A DNA stretch of 64,000 nucleotides from Syncephalis fuscata S228 (lineage: Eukaryota > Fungi > Zoopagomycota): NCBI GenBank assembly GCA_025786725.1, contig JAHLTZ010000039.1, positions 1-64,000 of the forward strand, read 5' to 3'. A program made the position numbers and the translations under genes. This document shows positions 58,473 to 64,000 of this stretch, piece after piece. Below the pieces are notes generated by a model. It did not search any database. It saw only the letters and a program-made list of their open reading frames with translations, and was not told the DNA's origin. The first letter of the stretch is position 1. Every line of letters starts with the position of its first letter.

Positions 58473-59485
58473 TTATCGTCGTTTGCGTGCAGTAAATTCT
58501 TCATTTTCCCTGGGTCGTTTGTGTCCTTGTTGGGCTAAATATTTGAATGTTTAAATAAAGTTATGTTAAAAATATTTAATTGTTTACCCATCAATTCCTC
58601 GAATTTGCGTATCATCATTGGAACGCGAATATCCTTTGACTTTGAACGTTTGCGTGGCGGAGGTCGTGGCATGACTCTTTTGAACTCTGTTTGCTTTAAT
58701 ATGCATTTGCATATGGGCTTTTTCTCGTATTCTTCTTTTGCTAGCAATAAAGTATGTTTGTTAGCTATTGTAACTAATAAAAGCGTTTTATTACCTATCA
58801 GTGGCGATCTTTTGCGTTGTAACACGTTTTTGTGATTACAAGTGGACAAAACGGCTTGCTGTGTACTCTTCGGTGCGGCCACTGGCGCCTTGTTTCTATC
58901 ATGAAGAGAGTTTAGCTTAGCGCCAGTAGTATTACTTACCTGTTTGCCCGATCGGCGTGATACTGGTTGCGCTATCGATCGTGATGAACGCGATAAATTA
59001 AAAGAACAACTGTTGTTTTTCTTGCTCTTCAAAGCTTGGTCGGCTTTCTTGTTGTTTGCAACTTGGTCGTCTTTCTTGCTCTTCAAAGCTTGCTTGGCTT
59101 TCTTGTTGTTTGCAACTTGGTCGTCTTCCTTGCTCTTCAAAGCTTGCTTGGCTTTCTTGTTGTTTGCAACTTGGTCGTCTTCCTTGCTCTTCAAAGCTTG
59201 CTTGGCTTTCTTGTTGTTTGCAACTTGGTCGTCTTCCTTGCTCTTCAAAGCTTGCTTGGCTTTCTTGTTGTTTGCAACTTGGTCGTCTTTCTTGCTCTTC
59301 AAAGCTTGCTTGGCTTTCTTGTTGTTTGCAACTTGGTCGTCTTCCTTGCTCTTCAAAGCTTGCTTGGCTTTCTTGTTGTTTGCAACTTGGTCGTCCTCAT
59401 TGCTCTTCACAGTATGGTCCTTGGCAGTACGGCTTCTTGTACGGCCGGCAATAGAGCTGTTGGCGGAGTCGGAGATAGTAACCAT
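58473..59485 (-). CDS. Lys/Arg-rich orphan protein with seven 18-aa tandem repeats; probably three short 3' introns
   Basis: ORF from 59485 with (KSKEDDQVANNKKAKQAL)x~7. GT donors near 58938, 58793 and 58587. The last exon reads AQQGHKRPRENEEFTARKRR*. Confidence 0.7.
59019..59410. repeat. 54-bp coding minisatellite, ~7 near-identical units
   Basis: Unit TTGCTCTTCAAAGCTTGCTTGGCTTTCTTGTTGTTTGCAACTTGGTCGTCTT(C/T)C. Confidence 0.97.
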
Positions 59486-61634
59486 ATTGGTTTTAAGCGT
59501 TCAAATAAGTAAAAGGTGAGAAAATTCTTATGTGCGAGTGTGCAAACAAGTAGGCTGGAGAAGTGAACTAAACAGAAAAGAGAAAAGAAATAACGACTTA
59601 CGTATGCTTTTATATATTGGTAAACAATAAAAATCGGAAGCAGCAGCCGAAATTACCCGTATATTTCAGTTACACAATTCAAACAGTAAGTTGAGCCAAT
59701 TTTCTAAGACCACTAGTTTGCGACAATAAACGTCATTAAACCGGGCAAGATGCGATAGGCAATGCCAATACAAAGCAATTGGCTTTTTTATATTTTAGTG
59801 TAATGTAAAGATATGATTTCAAGGGAAAAGCCGCGACTAATGACGCTCAATCTATTTGCTATTGAGTGTGATTTGACGATGGGCTGATAAGGTTTTGTTT
59901 GAAACTCACTGAAGCCTTTGTCTATTTCAAAGTGACGTTGAGGCATCGTTACAATGAGAAAAACGCGCTATACAATGTTTGGCAGCCTGCTAGTAGAAAT
60001 ATCGTTGTATTTATTGGCTTACAATTGTATTGATTGATGGATTCAATTCATTGGATAATGCTGAGTGCTCGCCTCTGCGCTAAACTTACACACGTGTGCC
60101 TACATAACACATTCCCCATTAAAACACGTAATCTTAATTGCGCCTTTTGATTTTACATTTGTTCTTTAACTAATTGGCAGGTGCATTCCACTATTTCATA
60201 TGTTTGTAAATTACAATGTTTGGTGGAATTCACAGCTTTATATGACACACTGTAACTGCTTGCTTGTGAAGCCATACAATATACAACTGCTCAGCATACT
60301 TTAAGTTGTATAGACGGCTGTAATTAGTCGCGATAATCCATTGCGGTGATCGATCGCACACTGTCAAAGCACTTTAATTTATGCTGTAGACCACTCTGTG
60401 TATTGTATGGTGTGTATGTGTTTATGTATACATGTTCAGGTGTTCGTGTATACATATCACTATTCCTTGCTTGTGGGTGATGTTAAGCAGTTGTCATAAT
60501 GGCATTGTTGTTTTGGCAGTTAAAGTGCCTTTACTGGCACAACTTTGGTTTAAGGTGCTATACTGTTTGTGCCATCTAAGTTGTTATCTTCAACTGCGTA
60601 AAAATGGCGATGTGGTTGTGTTGGCTGTATAATAGCGCAACAGTGTGCTATTGCACTGCTGTTATTGCATTCTAGATTTCTTGTTTGTGTGTAGATGGCC
60701 TAGACGTGGGTATGGGCTCAGCGTTATTGGTTGTTCGTTTCTGTTTATCTAGTCATGTATGTCGCCTGACTGAGTAGTTTCTGATATTGTTTGTGTTATA
60801 AGCAATGGTAAAACAGCAGCCACGGCACATCGTGATTATGATAGCTGAAGACCGTATAGACCGACGCTGATGGGCGGGAGTTTAGGCCATCAACATATCA
60901 AATAAACACTGTTTAGCATTGCATTCTATTATGATTGCGTTTAAGCTATGTTGAATTTTGCTAGATGTTTATTTAGATTTATCAACAAGCTAATATGATG
61001 ATCATTACAAAGTTAAATAATACTAAACTTTGTTAATTAGCTGCCAATACTAAATAACATACATTGACAAATGTTTACTATATTTGTAATTATAGATACG
61101 ATATTGGTGTGCATAAACTATACTAACTAGCAAACCATTGACTATTTCACAATCTGATATAGCCGTTGTTGTAGACTCGCTGCTTTTTGTCTTTATTTTC
61201 TATTTATATCGTATACTTGGCTGTAAGCTAATAAAATGAGGTAAACTCAGTTGAATAGTCAAAGAAAGTGCATGGATATTGATGATGAAGTATAATGTAT
61301 GTATATATGTATATGACAAAGTGAATCAATTTGAAATTTACGAATAATATAATTAATTATGAAAAGCAATTTTATAGTAAAACGTGAAATGTCATGAATG
61401 AATGAGCAAAAGGACAATGCATGAATAATGCTAGTAAAATTATAGTTTGCGTGGCTAAGTGAGCACAATAAATTGCAATTTATAACAGATACAGCTGGCG
61501 ATAAATAAATGATATTTATTAATCTTATGTAATCAGTAAACGATAGAATGATCTACAGTAGAATGAATATACAATAATAAAGGCCCGGATAGTTATGTTA
61601 AGTTATTGTGTATGCAACGCAATGAGTGAAATAA

Positions 61635-61822
61635 GTGAAGTGTATTAAAATATATAAAGAATAGATTTATATATAGTGGTCTGGATATACAGCAGAAATG
61701 ATATATGTATACTGAATATATGCGTACTGGATAATAAATCTACAGTAATGAGTATTTTGATGATTGATGTCATTCACCACCCATCATCATGTTTAATAGA
61801 TTGGGCGTTATTAAATATTAGC
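61635..61822 (+). repeat. Dispersed repeat family copy C
   Basis: TATACTGAATATATGCGTACTGGATAATAAATCTACAGTAATGAGTATTTTGATGATTGATGTCATTCACCACCCATCATCATGTTTAATAGATTGG. Confidence 0.8.
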
Positions 61823-62098
61823 CATTTGACCACCAAACTATTTTAATTTATTAGCAAATTGCTTAATGTTAATAAATCGATGATATATTCTTAAAATGAA
61901 CAGTGCTAATGTAGTTGTATTAAATGTAGCTAACTTTAATGTGTTTATTTATTTAGTTTATTAATTAATAAACTAAATAAGATGTATGATAACAATATCC
62001 AAAAAGGTATGGGTTGAAAGTGAAATAGCTTCGCCTTTTTTGCCAGCACTTGCGTCTTTTATTGAATTACTTACCAATCTACTAGTATTGCCAATAAT

Positions 62099-62940
62099 AT
62101 GCTGCGTGGTGTCTTTATCCTATTTGAGGGAGGGGATCGAGCTGGTAAATCAACTCAATGTCGTCGTCTAGTAGATCATTTGAATGCCAATGGCATAGTG
62201 GCGCAGCATAGACGTTTCCCAGGTCGGTCTTTGTGGTTGGCATGGCCACTCATGCTACCTAGCAATTAGACAGAATACTAATTCCTTTACTATGAATAGA
62301 TAGAACGACAACGATTGGTAAAATGATTGATGCCTACCTTGCGGGCAGTACACAGCTTGATGATCGGGCTATCCATTTGCTATTTTCGGCCAATCGATGG
62401 GAGGCAGTGTAAGTAGAAACGGCGATAGCTAGAAACGGTATTTAATACCAATTTAATTAGAGCAAATATGAAAGCGGATTTGCAAAAGGGCATTACATTG
62501 GTTGTAGATCGATATGCTTATTCAGGTGTAGCATTCTCAGCTGCTAAGGTAATAAGGCAATAATTGTAATCATTAAGTGTACTTATAAACACTATTTATT
62601 ACCATAGGGCCTATCTTTATCGTGGTGTAAACAACCGGATGTTGGATTATTACGACCAGATCTTGTTTGTTTACTTGATATGCCGGTTGAAAAGGCGGCT
62701 CTTCGAGGTGATTTTGGCCAAGAGCGCTATGAACGAGTAGAGTTGCAAGAGCGTGTTCGTACTTATTTCAGTCAGCTACGCGAGCCTAGCTGGCTTGTAC
62801 TTAATGCAACAGAGAGTATTGAGTCGTTGCATGAAACAATAGTAGAACATGCAATGAAAACACAAGCCGTTTGTAAAAATATGCCAATTTACGAAGATTT
62901 ATGGCAAACAGAAGAGCATGACGCAGATAAAGTAAAATAA
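62099..62940 (+). CDS. CDC8: Thymidylate (dTMP) kinase, 4 exons
   Basis: [19 protein letters not shown]-loop, [35 protein letters not shown] and PDVGLLRPD. Confidence 0.95.
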
Positions 62941-62952
62941 ATATGTTATTTA

Positions 62953-64000
62953 TTATTGATTATACTTAGGCAATATGGTTGTTAATAGATTGTCAACAAC
63001 TTGTGGAAATGATGTAAATACACCATTTAATGGCACTTGTGTCTTATTTTCATCCCCTGGTTGATATTTGCCAGTCATGACTGTATAATCATTACATTAA
63101 TGTGATAACAAGCAATTTGAAACCATTACTTACCAAGATAGCGACGAAGCTGCAGTTCAATGGCACCACCTAAATATAAAAACGGATAAGTAGTTACAGC
63201 AATTGTCATAATTAACACTGAAATGCAAACCTCCAAGATCTTGTTCAACATCATCACCAATAATGGCCACAGGTGGATATGTAGATGCACTTGGTAATCC
63301 CCTATGCATTTGTTATTACTATTAATGCTTTGCTATTTACAATTTTACTTACATATCATGAAGAGCCATTTCAAAGAATGTTCTTTCAGGCTAATATAAA
63401 GTGATAGTTGGATATTTAATAAATCAATAAAAACAACACTGCTATCTACCTTGCCAATGACCGTTGCTTTAACATTGGTAGCATACTCTAGTGCAGCTAC
63501 AAATGGGCCAGGTCCTAATGCTAAATTTGATTCGGTTGCGTAATAGCGCGCTTTGTGTATAGCAAATAGTGGACAACCTTGTTGTATTAAATGAAATGCC
63601 TTATTTAACTAAACACAATTAATTAGTTAACTAAATGCCATTGACCAATACTATATGGGTCGTTACTTTGTTATAATGAAATTGACTAGGTGCTAAACCA
63701 ACTAGAACAGCATCCTTTGGCTGTCGATCATCATGGGGAATTGAAGTAGCGGCCTCTTCTTCAAGCAAAGTAAGCGGGCTAATCAATAATAAAATTAATC
63801 GATTATGGGTAGATTAATAAATAGGTTTGTTGTTTGTAAGTCTTACTTGAGCTTTTGCGTACGCATAAGAGCCGCAGCTGCATTCAATGATGTAAATACC
63901 TATAAATATTAGTATAAATATTGCATCGTGTCATTTAACTTAAAGCCACAAATAATCGCTTTTTATTAAATGCTACCTCGTGCGGTGCAACTGTAAAGCC
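62953..64000 (-). CDS. HAD-superfamily class IIA hydrolase, HDHD2/LHPP-like (5' end lies outside the window)
   Basis: [46 protein letters not shown] and VMTGKY. Confidence 0.9.

Noticed and set aside
58944-59519. Three plus-strand hydrophobic or Cys-rich repeat ORFs over the 54-bp minisatellite
   Set aside because: They are open only because the 54-bp unit lacks stops. The minus-strand frame has an ATG, upstream TATA-like sequence and splice signals.
59600-61200. Additional gene upstream of the repeat-protein gene
   Set aside because: Only short ORFs with no motifs and no consistent exon chain.

Overview
Eukaryotic, intron-rich fungal DNA: AT-rich, introns mostly 45-100 nt with GTAAGT donors and TAG acceptors, some GC-AG. 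The gene style suggests an early-diverging fungus, possibly a Zoopagomycota mycoparasite such as Syncephalis (inference only). Conserved genes are PMA1, SEC7, a GPR89/GPHR homolog, SET1, nudC, ESS2, PEX1, mitoribosomal bL31m, NDUFS3, thymidylate kinase and an HDHD2-like HAD hydrolase. They are interrupted by accessory islands at about 5.1-12.4 kb, 27.7-43.4 kb and 56.5-62 kb. The main finding is the apparent ~81-bp satellite at 29.4-32.6 kb. On the minus strand it reads as a gene with 40 introns and 39 micro-exons (36 of 3 nt, 3 of 6 nt), about one codon per exon. Splicing it by hand gives an open 77-aa precursor with a signal peptide, an RR site and a 46-aa six-cysteine peptide: GDESTSAIEYCRQCQWVCFKQANNGDNGDACKRRTCAGPCAGIPNP. 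The gene lies between two ~500-bp direct repeats, near a membrane-anchored metallophosphoesterase and three tandem signal-peptide kinase-like genes. Several genes show single-base frameshifts that may be assembly errors. All exon structures were read manually and have no transcript support.
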